From assembly GCF_024521635.1 (NCBI RefSeq), contig NW_026250404.1, positions 2,170,001-2,234,000 on the forward strand: a stretch of 64,000 bases of DNA, in the 5' to 3' direction. The notes beneath the pieces are model-generated. The model was not told the origin of the DNA. It made no database searches and saw nothing but the letters and a program-made list of their open reading frames with translations. Positions 49,669 to 63,124 of the stretch are shown piece after piece. The DNA is from Tricharina praecox. Taxonomy: Eukaryota. How positions within the stretch are numbered: position 1 is the stretch's first letter; every line of letters starts with the position of its first letter. The translations under genes were made by a program, and so were the position numbers.

Positions 49669-50546
49669 CTAACCGTATATGGAAGCCAGAATGAAGGCGG
49701 TTCCGAAAGACACCCTACTCAGCAGCACCAAGCAGTCAGTTAATGTCATCCTGTTCAAATTTGCGAAGAACAAGCGTCTCTGTGACTAGAATGATAGTGG
49801 AAGTGAGGCGGTGTTTTGTCCCAAAATTGCGTGTTGCATAGCAGCATTCAACGCCATTCATGTAATGCACAGAATCCGAGAGTTGAAGTTTCATCAATAA
49901 TGCCATCAATACAAACCAAGCGGGCTTCTGTATCATCGATGCTCCAAGAGGGTTTCCACCGACGAGGAATCAGAGGGCATGGCGAATCCAAACGAAATAA
50001 GGGGGCCCACTTGAATGCAGTGTTCTTCATTATCAATCCTCTCACATCCACCTCCTCCGCCCAACGCCTAAGCTTCCCAGCAGGCACGAGATCGATTCCT
50101 TGCCGTGCGAGAGTCTACCGGGCACATCAAAGTCAGTCATGATCCCCGTTGTGGCAATCTCGGGTCTTGTGTGAATGTTGGTTGACCCCTCGCGGGGATC
50201 GCCGAAGGAAACCCACCTCAACTATCAACATCAACGCCCCAAGAATCAAGCACAGCGTCTTCCCGAAACGGGAGACACACAGGCCTAGCCCCATGCCCAC
50301 GAAACTGCCCGTCGAGATCTGCCGATAGATCGCTGGATTGTATCCGTTCCGGTTCCTTGGTGGTGGGGCCATAGGCTTGCGGCTCGTCCCCCAGGGTAAT
50401 CCGAATCCGCCGAAGGCCGAGCTGGGAGCTTCGCATCGGTACGTCGCAAACAGACTCGACGGCCTATTGCCACCGTGACTGAGATACCCGAGGCCGGCGG
50501 CGGCACCGAGAACGGAAATGGGAGGCGCAAAGAGTCGGAATGCCAT
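49669..50546 (-). CDS. FUN14: FUN14-family mitochondrial outer-membrane protein; exons 50546-50217, 50114-50011, 49714-49669
   Basis: RQISTGSFVGMGLGLCVSRFGKTLCLILG..LIVE|TLARQGIDLVP...KNTAFK|VSFGTAFILAS; canonical splice sites. Confidence 0.85.
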
Positions 50547-52005
50547 TGTTCGTAAGCGTTGTTGTTGATGATGAGGTTCGGTGATGCTGGTGATACCGGG
50601 CGGGCGAGATCAACGTAGCTACGGCTTGGTAGTTTGATGACGTCGCGCCTCAATCCACCGTACCTTGGCGGTTGTTAGTACCACGCGATCCGTGCTCTAC
50701 ACGCATAAGCGCGGCAAAAGTAATGGCCAAGCATATGTAAAGGACTTCAGCTGCTTTCCTGTTTGGACAGAATTCCAAACAGCGAGAGCAGAGACGCCGA
50801 AAGGCCTGTAAATAGAGCAGGTTAGGATAACCAATGTGATGCCCCTTTCCAAATTCAGTCAACGATTACCGTCGAGTTTATGACCACGACGAGCGTCGAG
50901 TGTCTAGGTAGTTTAAGTTCTTTAGGCAATCAGTTGGGGCCCAACCGAAGTATAAACGGTCCCATGCTTTTGACGACAAAGGCTTACGACGCACTTCCTA
51001 CTCTAGTAGCTTCTGACAGAGTGGTATGACACCGGGTGGACTCGGGACTCGAGATATCTTGGATAGTGTATACGGAGCTCGTGCTTGCCTTGTTACGAGG
51101 GTGTAGATTTGCGGATTCAGCTCCGAATGCCGGAGGCCCGAACTCGACCTGACCTCGAAGCTCCCGTGCCGAATCGTGGTCTACCTATCACGTTCCGATC
51201 GTAAGCGTGCAGCGCTATCTCAGCACATACTTAGCCGGAAAACCATCGCACAGTGCACAGTGCCTCAGCCGAGCTGCGAGCAAACATCGCCTCGCACCGC
51301 TTTCGAGTACCTGTTGACGCTGGTCGGTGTTTCTCCAACCTCAAAGTTCTCCAAGATTGGACCGTAACCAGCACCAGTAACTCGCAATGCTTTGCAGATC
51401 AACATCTACCGTCCTTCCTTTCTATCAATACCGTCCTTCCTTCTATCAATACCCTTCATCCATCCTTTCTGCATACCTGCCTTTGATCCGGATCGAAGCG
51501 AGTGATCCTCCATTCTTGAGTAGGTACCGTACGACACCACTGGTTTCCCCTCGCCACTAGACCGCACAGCCACACAGCCTTCGGTTACACTTCACGCTAA
51601 GGAAGCTTGCGCCACACCGACTATTGCAGCTAGCGCAGACACTTTTTTATTCGACCAACCCAACCCTCCCACTTCGCACAATCATTCTGGCACTCCATCG
51701 CAGTCACAAAGCCCTTCCATCCACCCCCACCAGGGCAACACCAAAGGTTCGTGATCCGCTTCCCCCCCAACCCCCCCATATTGGAGGTTGGTGATACACA
51801 ATTCATCAACCCCAACAACGCTTCACTCTTTCCCTTGATTGAATGAGTGTGGCTCTTGTGGAATTGAATATCGCTAAGCTCCTGTCGCGCCCATCGTCGT
51901 CGCTCTCGCGTCGTCATTGACCCCCCACCATCTCCCCCCATGAGGAGAGAGGGGAGGGGTTAGTGCGACAAGAGTTGTCGACGACTGCGCGGATGTTTAC
52001 TGTAG

Positions 52006-55000
52006 ATGAATGAAGAGGAGCTGCGCATGCTCAAGGCGGCCCTTGGGTCTGTCGTTGAAACTCAAGAAGAAGACTGTGCCCCGCCCGTTGGGCAAATTGA
52101 ACAAGTTACGACGGATCCCGTCGAAGGCGACCCCGAGGTCGTAGAATTGGGTGAAGAGGATCTTAACTCGTTGCTCGCTCAATTGCAGCAGCCACAGGAC
52201 GGTGAACCGGATCATCCCCTCTCTCCTTCCGTACCGACTGGCGAGACCGAGCAGTTTTCGGGTGCGGACGAGTTGCGCCTCGATCCGTCTGTGCTTGAGG
52301 AGATTGCACGGGCTCTTCGCGGAGGTGACGCCGTAGGAGCGACTAGTGCGCCCGGGGGAGCGAAGGAGGACAGCAGTGAACACCAGCTCATCAACGCTCT
52401 ACAGAAGGCTTTCAAGGAAGATGGACACAGCAATAATCATAATGTTTCTTCGGATTCTACACCGACAGGCCAATCCCCAGAGCCCCAGGCTCAGGGGAAC
52501 GCTACTCTGTCAATGCTGTTGCAGCGCCAGGAACAAGTTGGGCTTCTCATTTCCAATGAGATGTATCGTCAGCAGAATGGAGATACCAGGGGCGAGAGCT
52601 ACTCCCCCGAAATCGGTGAGGAGGACGCGAGTATGCAGATGGGAGACTACGACGATGCCTCCAAGCATGCGGAGCGCGAGAGAATTCGAGAAGAGAATCG
52701 AGAAAGAAAGAAGCGATGGCGCGAAGTAAACCAAGATCGAAGTGAGTGATACAATGCTTGATTCTATGGAGTATTGACTGACAATATCTAGACAAGGACA
52801 ATGATCTGAGATGTCGAGTCACCAAACGGGCAGCTAGGCTCTTCGGTTTGGGATCCTCTGCAACGAAGACTGCATGGGTCGCAGCGGAATTCAACAAAAG
52901 GAAACAGAAGAGAGAACAGAAGGAGAAGACCAAAGGAGGAGACGGTCTGAACTTGTCTAGTGTGTTCGCATCCTCTCAACCACATGCGTTCGCAGGCTCT
53001 GGCGACCATAGTGGAGTGATCCGTGGGTGCGGAGATGAAATCACGATGGAAAGCCTCGTCGAATTACTGGCGAAAGCTCCACCAGAGCTTGTCGCCGAGC
53101 TTCATCAAGTTGCGAACGACATCACTGGAACTCAACTACCACTAGGACGGAGCCGGATGGGGCAACAATCACGGAACCCGACGTCATCCCAGATACCTCC
53201 AGCTTCATCGTATCAGCAACAGCCGTCATACACACCGCATGTTCATTCTCCTCCTCCACCACCTCCACCAACAATGCACGGCCGATCCTTTGACACGGCC
53301 CCCGGCTCCGTTCCCGCTCCCCTTCCCCAACCAGAGCCCGAGCCGGCTGTTACTACACTGGAGGGCGTTCTCCAAGGTCTTGTTGCTGGAGGTGAAGTTC
53401 CCGAAGGCTTCGACCTGCTGCTTGCCGAGTTGGCGGCAGAGCCAGAAAAGTCCACTCCAGAGGTTGAGCAGGAAGCACAGCCCGAACCCCAGCCACAGCC
53501 CGAACCTCGATTACAGACCCAGCCGATGACCCAATTGCAGTCTCAGAAAGTACCCCAGGCACAGACCGAGGAAATCACTCAGCACCAGCCGATGACCCAA
53601 TTGCAGTCTCAGCAAGTACCCAAGGCACAGACCAAGGAAATCGCCCAGCCCCAACCCGAGTCTCGGCTCGAGTCACAAACCGGGCACCAGTCCCAATTCA
53701 CACCTGAGCCAGTTCCCACCGAACTTCAATCCGAAGCCGTGCCCAAGCCCGAATCATCTGGAGAGCCATCATCGATTGTGACAGAATCGACACCTGCGAC
53801 TTCTGAACCGCCATCCTTGGTTGAGACCAGACAAGCTTCCGTGGCTCCAGAGCCGACGCTTCTTGCCGAGAACCCGGGACCTCCTGAAGTACCAGGATCT
53901 GCACCGATACTTGGGGCTGTAGAATCATCCGCGACCCAGGAGTCCACACTTCAAGCCGAGACCACAGGATCTCGCGCAGGATCTCCCGAAGAAACCGGTG
54001 GCGAACTTGCTGATGTCAACGTCGACGAGCTCCTTGCAGCTCTCGCGGCAGCTGGCGAAGATAATGACGAACACGCTGGAATCCTGGAAGAAATCCTTAA
54101 CGGCTACGGCATGGAAGAACATTCCATCTCCGATGAATTCGTGGCTGATACAGCAGTGGTCGATGAACCCCTGGCTGACGATGAGTCCATAGCGGACGAT
54201 GGCGTGGATGTGGAGGCGCTGCTCGGAGAGCTGGCGGCCTCAGAAGAAAGCAACGGAAAGTTGGCGGCTTCGGAAGAAAACGAAGACGAGATGACAGAAG
54301 AGGCACTTGAGAGGATTATCAAGGAGTGCGGATTCGATCCGACGAGTGTGGCTCTCGGGACTTTAACCGATGAGCAGCTGATGAATCTTGACGCCATCCT
54401 CACCAACGTTACTGGAGAGGGGGCCAAGCAGAGCGAACAGAATGAGCAGATCGAGGATTTGAGTCCCGAGATAACCGAAAACATGTCGGTAGACGACATC
54501 GACGCTCTCCTGCAGAAGCTTAGTTCGGAATCCGAAGGCCCCAGCGTCAATATCGCCCCCCTTGAACAGCCGTTCGAGAATCGAGTCTTTACACAGACAC
54601 CGCAGGAAGTGGCGGCTCCGTCGTCAGCGAGGGATAACTTTGGGGGATATACAAACGAGAACCTTCGCGCCATCCTGACGGTTGTCCTCGGTGGCATTGG
54701 CATCCCGCTCGTACCAGCTCGACAAGAGATGCCACGTTCTCTTAAGCGTCCGTCGTCAGCTTCATATGTTCCTCCTCCGCCTGCCAAGCGTCCGCGCGGT
54801 CCATCTCCCAACGTTGTTGCCCCTAGCGCGGTCAACCAACTTCAGGGAATCGTCCAGAGCAGTGCCAACATCATCCGTCCCTCGCCAACTCCAACGCCAC
54901 TTTCGCCTGCGTACGTCGCGAGCTTTGGCAACACCGAGGACATGAACCGGCGATTGATGGCCATGAAGCCCCCGCCATACAGACCTGGTGGTGGAACCCC

Positions 55001-55154
55001 TAGAAGCACGCATTCGGCAAGCAGTGCGCCGATTCCCTCGCCGCTCCCTCTTATCCCTCTCCCCGCGAGACCTAAGAGCGGAGAAGACGAGAAGCGCATC
55101 AAGGCAATGGGATTCCCACCTCTGCTCGCGGGCGTCAAGCGAAAGGCTGAATAG
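52006..55154 (+). CDS. DUF3020-domain nuclear protein; intron 52742-52791
   Basis: REENRERKKRWREVNQDRNKDNDLRCRVTKRAARLFG...WVAAEFNKRKQKRE, a long acidic/Pro-rich region and C-terminal KRIKAMGFPPL. Confidence 0.82.
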
Positions 55155-56532
55155 ACGGACCAGGGACTGGCATTTCTTTAACGGCGTTATCTCTTCAAAT
55201 ATGTCGGTTGGCGTTGGGCATATTTTCCTTTCTCATTCCTTCGGCGATACCTACAAGCCACATCTCTTTCGGATGAGGCGGGCGTTACAGGCGACTACTT
55301 GGAGGGGGCGTGTGGTTGGGGGCGTTTACCTGTTTGTGTTTTCTGCTTTTTTCTTTCTTTTTTTTTCCCTTTTTCTTTTTTTTACATGTTGCCATTTCTT
55401 TTCACTCTATGGGGGCAACAAAAAGTTTTTTTCTGTTTTATCTCGCTGGTCTGGCGGTTTTTCTTTTTTCTTTTTTCTTTTCTTTCTGCGTGGAAACTCG
55501 AATTTACGTGCTGAGACTTGGTTGATTTTGAGTTGCTAATGTGCTTTACTTTACTTTTTATCTCTGGTTCATCATGATTGGTACTCTAGTAACGAGTCGA
55601 TGAGCGGAAAGGCGGGCGGGTGTGGAATTTGGGGATTTGGGTACTGGATTTTCGCGGGTTGTTCGTGTTTGCTACATACAGACATATTCGGCGGCGGAAT
55701 GTTGTACCTACCTCATAGAGGATTGTCATTGTTTGGTGAAACAGACTGATGGGTCAATCGTATGTATGTGCTTTGTGGACTACCGAGTGTATGTGATTAT
55801 TCATGTGGGTTGATGGGATATGAAGCCCGTGGGACAGATACTTGATACTTAGGTAATTTGTGTTCTTGCTGGTAGGTATTTGGTGGAGGTTGGATAGATA
55901 CTTGGATACGGTACCTACAAGAATGAACTTCACCAACCAGTGTTCGTTCGTTCGAGTCGTCGTGAATCGTGATGATTAGATCCTCGGGCTAAATCCTCCT
56001 TGCTATACCCGAGTAGTTTACCACCGCTGCTTCCTTCTGCCAGGCTTCACCACCGGCCCACCAGATCATAGGTAATTAATCATGCCACACCGTTCATCGT
56101 AGCCAACGGCCTCTACATCCCACATCCCACATCCCGCAGGCTGCAGATCAGGTTTTCAGTGTCTACTCGGTCATCTGGCCGAAGTTCGATCTGGCCGATG
56201 TTCGAACCGGCTCTGTTATTGTACACTGTGCGGGCCAGTTCACAGCGTGACCGCGCTGGGTATGGAATCCGTCAAATCCGGCGAACAGCCATGTTATTTG
56301 CCAGTCGAGAAAGATGGCCTCGAACTACCTATCTACACGATTACCAAAAGACGATCAAGTTTCAATAACCATAGAGCCAGTTCGCCACCAGCTGCAACGC
56401 ATAAACCGCCGCGATGGACTTCGATATGTAGATTACTAGTCAGGAAGCTCGCCACGTATGTTCCCACATCCACATATTGCAGGCATAGGTATCATAGGTA
56501 GAGTAGTAGCAGGTGTACATGTACTGAGAGCA

Positions 56533-56967
56533 CATACCTGCTCGTAGGACCTTATCCAGGGCGGTGAAGAATGCGTTACGTATCTTTAGATCTTGGCGGT
56601 ATGTGCGGGATTCCCGACGGCCGCTCGTATTCGTGGCGTCCCGGCATCAACAGACGCTGCCGGAGCTCACACAGACTGGTAGCTATGTCACTCAGGTATA
56701 TAGAGTTACATACCTGTTCGCAGGGTCATGTCCAGGGCGGCGAAGAAGGCGTTACATATGAAGGTAATACCTACGTACGTACGTATCTTCGGATCTTGGC
56801 GGTATATTGTACAGTATATACGAAATTCCCGACAGCTGCTTGTCTTTGTGGCGTTCGGACTCTGGACATCATCAGATCCTAACTACCTGTTATGTAACGC
56901 TGCCGAAGCTCCCCCAGACTGGTAGCCATAGCAGAAACCCCCCTCCCCCCGTAGCCATGTCACTCAG
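56533..56967. repeat. Diverged tandem duplication (about 165 bp and 255 bp copies)
   Basis: CATACCTG..CG.AGG..TCCAGGGCGG.GAAGAA.GCGTTAC...ATCTTGGCGGTAT...TTCCCGAC...ACGCTGCCG.AGCTC..CAGACTGGTAGC...ATGTCACTCAG is present twice. Confidence 0.85.
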
Positions 56968-59900
56968 AAAAACAGGCTACTCCACCAGCGAGAATCGTGG
57001 TGGGGAATCCCGATACCTACCAGCTATCTGTTGAGCGGGCTCCACTTGCCACTCACTCGGGCAAGTGTCCGGACCTGCTTTGCTCTGCTCGAGGAAGTTA
57101 CAACTCACAAGGAAGGGAATCTCCTATACAGCTGTAAATCAGGTTTACATTAAGTACATACCACCCGGAAAATTATTCGAGAATTCCACGTCCACGGTTG
57201 CCAAGAGCCCAATGTCGTCGTTGACGACGACGACTTGACGAGGATCGATTGAAGACTCCTTTAACTACCCTCCATTAACATACTTACTTAATGTACATAC
57301 AGGTATAAACGAGCACAGATTGCATGGCCTCCGAGACCACGGGCCACGCACACCGTCACCCATCACATGCACATCTGCTGCCCATACGGACTCCGGAGAG
57401 GAGAACCGTCTCCGTCTGCTTCTCCTTCTCCACGCGAATGTTTGGTTGGTTATGTGATCTAGATCTAACCATCCAACTATCCATCGGTTGATAGGACCGC
57501 CGATAATACGTACGTAGGATGGTAGGAAGAAGCATGGAGTATTGAGCTTCGCCGTCGGGTACATACGGCCAGGAAGCACCAAGACTTTGTTTCATGGGAG
57601 TAGGTAGTATTGAGTACTCCGGTAGGTAGGTAGCTTCCCGCCTGCCCGCCCGACCATTACGTTATTCAACCGAGCGGAAGGGAAGGGAAGGGAAGGGTAT
57701 TCCCGGGCAGCCATTGCTCCCGTTTTCGTTCAATCGAGGCGGTCTCCCCCAAGCCCCCCCCCCCCCCCCCCCCCTCCGGCCCGTTTGACCGCACTCTACC
57801 AGTAACTGTAGTATACGGTACAAGGTAGTAGGCGAACTCGAGAAGAAGTTGTACGCGGTGGAGACCTCCGAGCCTTGAGGACGAGACGGGATTGTACGTA
57901 CGTACGTAAGTATAGTTAGGGTACGGTATTGGGTATAATTTTCATATGGAGACTGGAGTTAGTTAGTGGGTGGTTGGTGCTGGTGATGGTGCTGGTGCTG
58001 GTGAATTGACAGGCAACCCTTGCGGAAACTGAGCTTCGCTGGGGTAGGATATGTGAAGAGGTCTACCTGTCTGGCGGCTGATAAATGTGTAGGTATCATA
58101 GGTGGAGCACGTAACTAGACGGTAGACTCGCCTCCTTCCTTTCCCTTCAGACATGGCATCGAGAGAGCTACTCTACTCATCGGCGGGGGGGCACATGCTC
58201 GAGCTCACTCACGGACAGAGCCGAGATCAATCATCACGATTGACATTCCCAGTGGCGGGAAAAGTCTTTTCCTTTCCCTTCCCCCCTTCCCGAAAGTGCA
58301 CACATCGCTTGGAGGATGCAAGCGAGGCTTGATATGAACTTGATAAGTAGCTTGTACCTACACACCTACAATGTACCCATCCATCGAGATGACTCCCTTC
58401 CCCCCCGCGCGGTCATAGACTCATAGCGGCCGCTCTATACCCTATGGACCTATGTTGTATGTTGTATGTTGTATGTTGTATGTATCGGGGAGTTGGGGAC
58501 TTTGGCGTGTTTTAACCGGACGGAGAGATGTGGTGGGTAAAAACCGCACTGGGAGAGAAGAATAATAATACTCTATGTAGGAAGTATTCACCACCTACAG
58601 TGTCCACTCCCCACCGGCCACCGGGGAAATCGAATCCGAAGATTCCTCCAGCAACTCTTGGCTCTTGGCAGCAAAACAAGCATCGCCAATACTCGATATC
58701 AATGATATCAATGCGGGAAGTAGCTACCTACTGTTAGGTAGCAAGTAAAAGTAGGTATGCACGGTGGTTAGAGTAGACCACGCGTCTCCCGCCTCCCACC
58801 TCCGCTCAGCGGTCCGACGGACACTCCGGGCCACCACCCACAATCCGCCTCCTCGACTGGTGGTTTGAGCGCGGTGGATTCGTCTGTCTGTAGGGGAGGT
58901 TAGTAGGGTAGGCAAGAGGTAGGAGGTGCGTACCGGATTTCTCGAGCTGCCTCCTAGAGTCCTAGGTATGAAAGTTGGTAAATACATCTCTGCCAAGAGA
59001 ACGGTATGCAGGAATGCAGGAACCATCTTATACCACATACACCGCACCGGGATCGTGCTTTCGGAGTTTTGAGCAGGTATGTACCTGCTACCTGCTACTA
59101 CACTGCTACCTGCTACTACATACCTGAGTATGTACGCATGCGCTCCCACGTCCAACTACCTACCTACCTACCTACCTACCTACCTAGCGCCGGAGAAGTC
59201 CACGTCAACACATAACGGCGGTCGTGTTAAGATGCGACTGGGGGAGCGACTGGGGGCGTGGTGTGTGTTTGTTTGTGGGGCGGGGGGTATTAGGGTATTG
59301 ATCGTCGTCCAGAGCCATGAGCTTCTCGCTTTGAATGCAATTGCGCACCTGTGATTCGTCCGGAGCGCGCTGCTCCCGAATTCTCCGCCAGAACGCAGAA
59401 CGGTAGGCAGGTAGGTAGGCCGGCCCGGGCCCGGGTCCAGAACACAAGGTTAGATACGCGTGGCTTCGAGATCTTAGCCGCGCGAGGGAGGGAGGACCCC
59501 TGGTGGGATTTGGTTCCCGAGGGCAGGGTATGGGGGCAACCGATGCATGCATGGAATATAAGGCTGCGGGGAATAGAGTACAAAGTTGACGGAGGCTTAC
59601 GCGGCAATGCACTGCTGCTGTCTAAAGTGAAACGTCCTATTGGCTGGCTCGACGTCGAGTCGAGGGAACTCTGTTTTTTACTATGGACGGGGGAAGATGA
59701 TGGTATGTAGATGCATGCAGCTGCGGGCCATAATCTGGGTAAAGACTAAAGTTCTGTCGAGGAAGGGAGGAAGACTTGCTCCAGAGGACCAACGTTGCCT
59801 GGTTGCATGTCATGCATATCATACTTGTTACAAGCAAGCGGGCAAGCAAGCAAGCAGGAAAGCAAGCGGAATTTCGAAAGGCCACTTGCTTGCTTACTGG

Positions 59901-60348
59901 AGAACCTGGACATCTATGCACATGCTGCTGTGTAAAGATTTCTTCGATGAGGATCCCTCCTGCCTTGCTTTGCTGTTCGTTAGTTAGGGGCGGGATTGAC
60001 GGTTACATTGGGATATGTCCGTCTGTCTGTCTGTCTGGAAGTTACCGGGGCCGGGAGAATATATCGAGCAACTGTGGAGACGCGTATGTTCTCTATGTAT
60101 GTAGATTCAACTCCCCCCTGCGCCGCTGCCAAGTTCTAACTGTGGCTGGTATGTAGGTGAGTAGGAGCCAGGTGCCAGGATGGAGATTGGCACTGGCCCT
60201 CGAGGGAAAAGTGACGAAGAGGTATTCGCGTTCTACGTGGAGTATAGTAGGTACATGCCTGCTTGCTTGCTAGCGAGAACAGCCCGTCGTACTGTAGTTA
60301 CTGCGGAGGATACTGATCATGGGCTTGATGGAGCTCGAGAAATCGGGA

Positions 60349-60355
60349 TATATAA
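60349..60355 (+). promoter_or_regulatory. TATA box of the dioxygenase-like gene
   Basis: TATATAA about 160 nt upstream of ATG 60514. Confidence 0.5.
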
Positions 60356-60513
60356 GATTCTGGGTGTATCCCCTCAACTGCTTCCATATCCTCAACCACC
60401 ATCACTCACTCACACACCCACTCACTCACTCACTCAACCAGCAGAAGCCGGCCTCCTTTCCCTCAATCCATCTTTTCAGATCCAATCTTCAGTTTACACC
60501 CCTCGCAATTACC

Positions 60514-61719
60514 ATGCAATTCTCCCAGATCCTATTCCTCCTCTCGGTGGTTGGCAGTTCGCTGTCGCACCCGGGAGCGCACGAGGGGCACGACATTGCG
60601 AAGCGCACCGCGTTCCTCGGCAACGCCAAGCGGTCCCTGGCGGACTGCTCCGAGCAGCTGAAAACGCGGGGGATCGAGGCTGCGGCCATTGCCCGTCGCC
60701 AGGCGCTGGCCGACTCGCTCCGCGAGAAGCGCGAGATCAAGAAGAGGGCCGGATACAACCGTGTCCGCCGCGATGTCGACGACGTCTTGAACACAGATCA
60801 TAAGTCGAGCTTGACCGGACTCACGGCGAGCAGTGATCCGAGCGTCCTCTTCACTGGTGACCTGAAGTGTGTCCTCCAGCCGGAGGTTACCCAGGGCCCG
60901 TACTGTGAGTGGTTATGATGCGCCCTTTGGCTGGTGCTTTTGCTGACGGGATTAAATAGACGTCGATGGTGAGCTCATCCGCGCGGATATGCGCGAGGAC
61001 CAGCCCGGTATCGATCTGTACGCCGACGTCCAGCTCATTGACGTCAACACCTGCACGGTGATGCCGAACGTCTACCTCGACTTCTGGCACTGCAACAGCA
61101 CCGGAGTGTAAGTCCATCCCCACCTATTTTCCAACCCAACAATCACTGACCCACTCTTAGTTACTCCGGAGTCGTAGCCAGCGGCAACGGCAACAGCGGC
61201 GACGCCAGCAACATCGACGCGACCTTCCTGCGCGGTTTGATCAACACGGACGACTCCGGCGTCGCTCAGCTGACGACGATCTTCCCTGGGCACTACACCG
61301 GGCGCGCAACACACGTGCACATCCTGGCGACACAGGACGCCACGGTACAAGCAAACAACACCCTGACCGGCGGTACGGTCTCCCACGTCGGCCAGCTCTT
61401 CTTCGACCAGAGCTTGATCGCGGAGGTCGACACGGTCGCGCCGTACACGGGCAACTCGCAGGCGCTCACGACGAACGCGCAGGATAGCATCCTCTCCCAG
61501 GAGGCGGCGTCCATGGATCCTGTCATGGAGTATGTCCTCCTTGGTGACGATATTGCCGATGGACTCCTCGGTTGGATCACCATTGGTATCGATGCCACCG
61601 CTGAGTATGAGGTCAGCTCTGCGTCTACGTTGACGGAGAATGGAGGCGTTGCGAACGCCAACTCTGGTGCTGGTGGCCCCGGTGGTGCTGGTGGTCCCGG
61701 TGGTGCTCCTCCTTCTTAA
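60514..61719 (+). CDS. Secreted intradiol ring-cleavage dioxygenase-like protein, 2 introns
   Basis: Signal peptide; CVLQPEVTQGPYYV, DFWHCNSTGVYSG, FLRG, TIFPGHYTGRATHVH (Tyr/Tyr/His/His Fe ligands), HVGQLFFDQ. Confidence 0.92.
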
Positions 61720-62957
61720 GTAGGGGGTTGCTGGGAATGAGGGTTGGTTGAGAGGGCAGGGGAGGGGGTGCTCGGTGTAGTTTTAGGACGGTGGCGGAGA
61801 GGCTGTGTACTGTATTAGAAGACTTGTTGGAAAAAATGGATATTCCGCACGGCGTGTTATATCACGAAAATATCCGGTTCAGAAACTAACCGAACGATTT
61901 CCTGGTGATTTCTTTCCCGGCTAAATACGATCAACTTACTAGTCTGCCCTTCTCTTGGGTCGCAGGAAGTACTGGACGCAAGAGTAGTCGTTCTTTCTCG
62001 GGACATAGATAACATTGTTGGCTTTCGTCACAGAATTGCACTCGGTGTGTTTACCTGCACTTTCGTTGCGATGGGGCACTCGGCTGTTGAGTGTGCCATA
62101 GCCTGGATTGGTCGTACGTAAGGTATTTGTGAAGGGTCGGGTGTATGTAGCTGTAGGATGCGTACCGAAAAATTACTCAGTGATTATCAATGTCTCGGTT
62201 GTTGTTTAACGTTACAAAGCACGGGATCAATAGATTTACCCATGGTGAATTGCAATTTCAATCTGCCAGACCATGGGCGAGTATATAAAACCTCACATAT
62301 GGGGATAGAGATAAATTCTTCCGCCGACAGCCTTCTATATTGGCCAGGTGCTGTCGCAATGTACTCTAGAAAGGTAATATTGGGAGGCGGCAATACTGTC
62401 CAGTACATAGTACCTAGCGTGGATTGGTTCCGAGCATTAGCTATGACTACTTAAGTACAGTAGCAAAAAGTGGGGTGCGATTACTACCTGAAAAATACCA
62501 GGGTTATCGCAATACCAAAGAACTATCAGATTTTTACTTAACCCGTATTTTTTCTCTTCAAAAAGAACCAGACGGCACGTATTTTCACATAGAAAAAAGG
62601 GCTGCCATCTTTCCCACACCACGTATCAAAAAAATACGTCTGCTACAGACAACGAGAGTTATACAGCGTTGCAGTACATTTGCAGTATACCACGTAGTTA
62701 TAAACCCTGCATAGTTGTAGAACCATATGGTAAACAAAATTGCGTGTTGGGTTACTTCCGATGGTACTACGTGATGTTCACCAGATGTCTGCGATATATC
62801 TACCAAAAGACTTCCGTGCTTGCAAAAGCCGGTGCTCACCACTACCCTTAGGGCCCGTACAATGCGATCTTCTGGAGTATCATAGGGTTGGGTATCTGCA
62901 GCAGAACAACGGATTTGCAGACGGCTCCATTGCAGAGTGATGGGAGACAGGATGGGA

Positions 62958-63124
62958 GAATGACTCGTCACCGAGCAGGAATGACTAGTCACCAAAGTGG
63001 GAATGACTCTAGCCACCGAATGGGAATGACTCTAGAAACCGAGTGGGAATGACTAGTCAATGAATGGGAATGACTCTAGCAACCGAGTGGGAATGACTCT
63101 AGGCACCTAGAAATGACTAGTCAT
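62958..63124. repeat. Minisatellite of 8 units (20-23 bp) with core G(G/A)AATGACT(CTAG/AGTCA)
   Basis: Direct reading. Confidence 0.9.

Noticed and set aside
62958..63124. CRISPR-like repeat-spacer array
   Set aside because: Eukaryotic context, spacers only 6-10 nt and related to each other, no cas genes.
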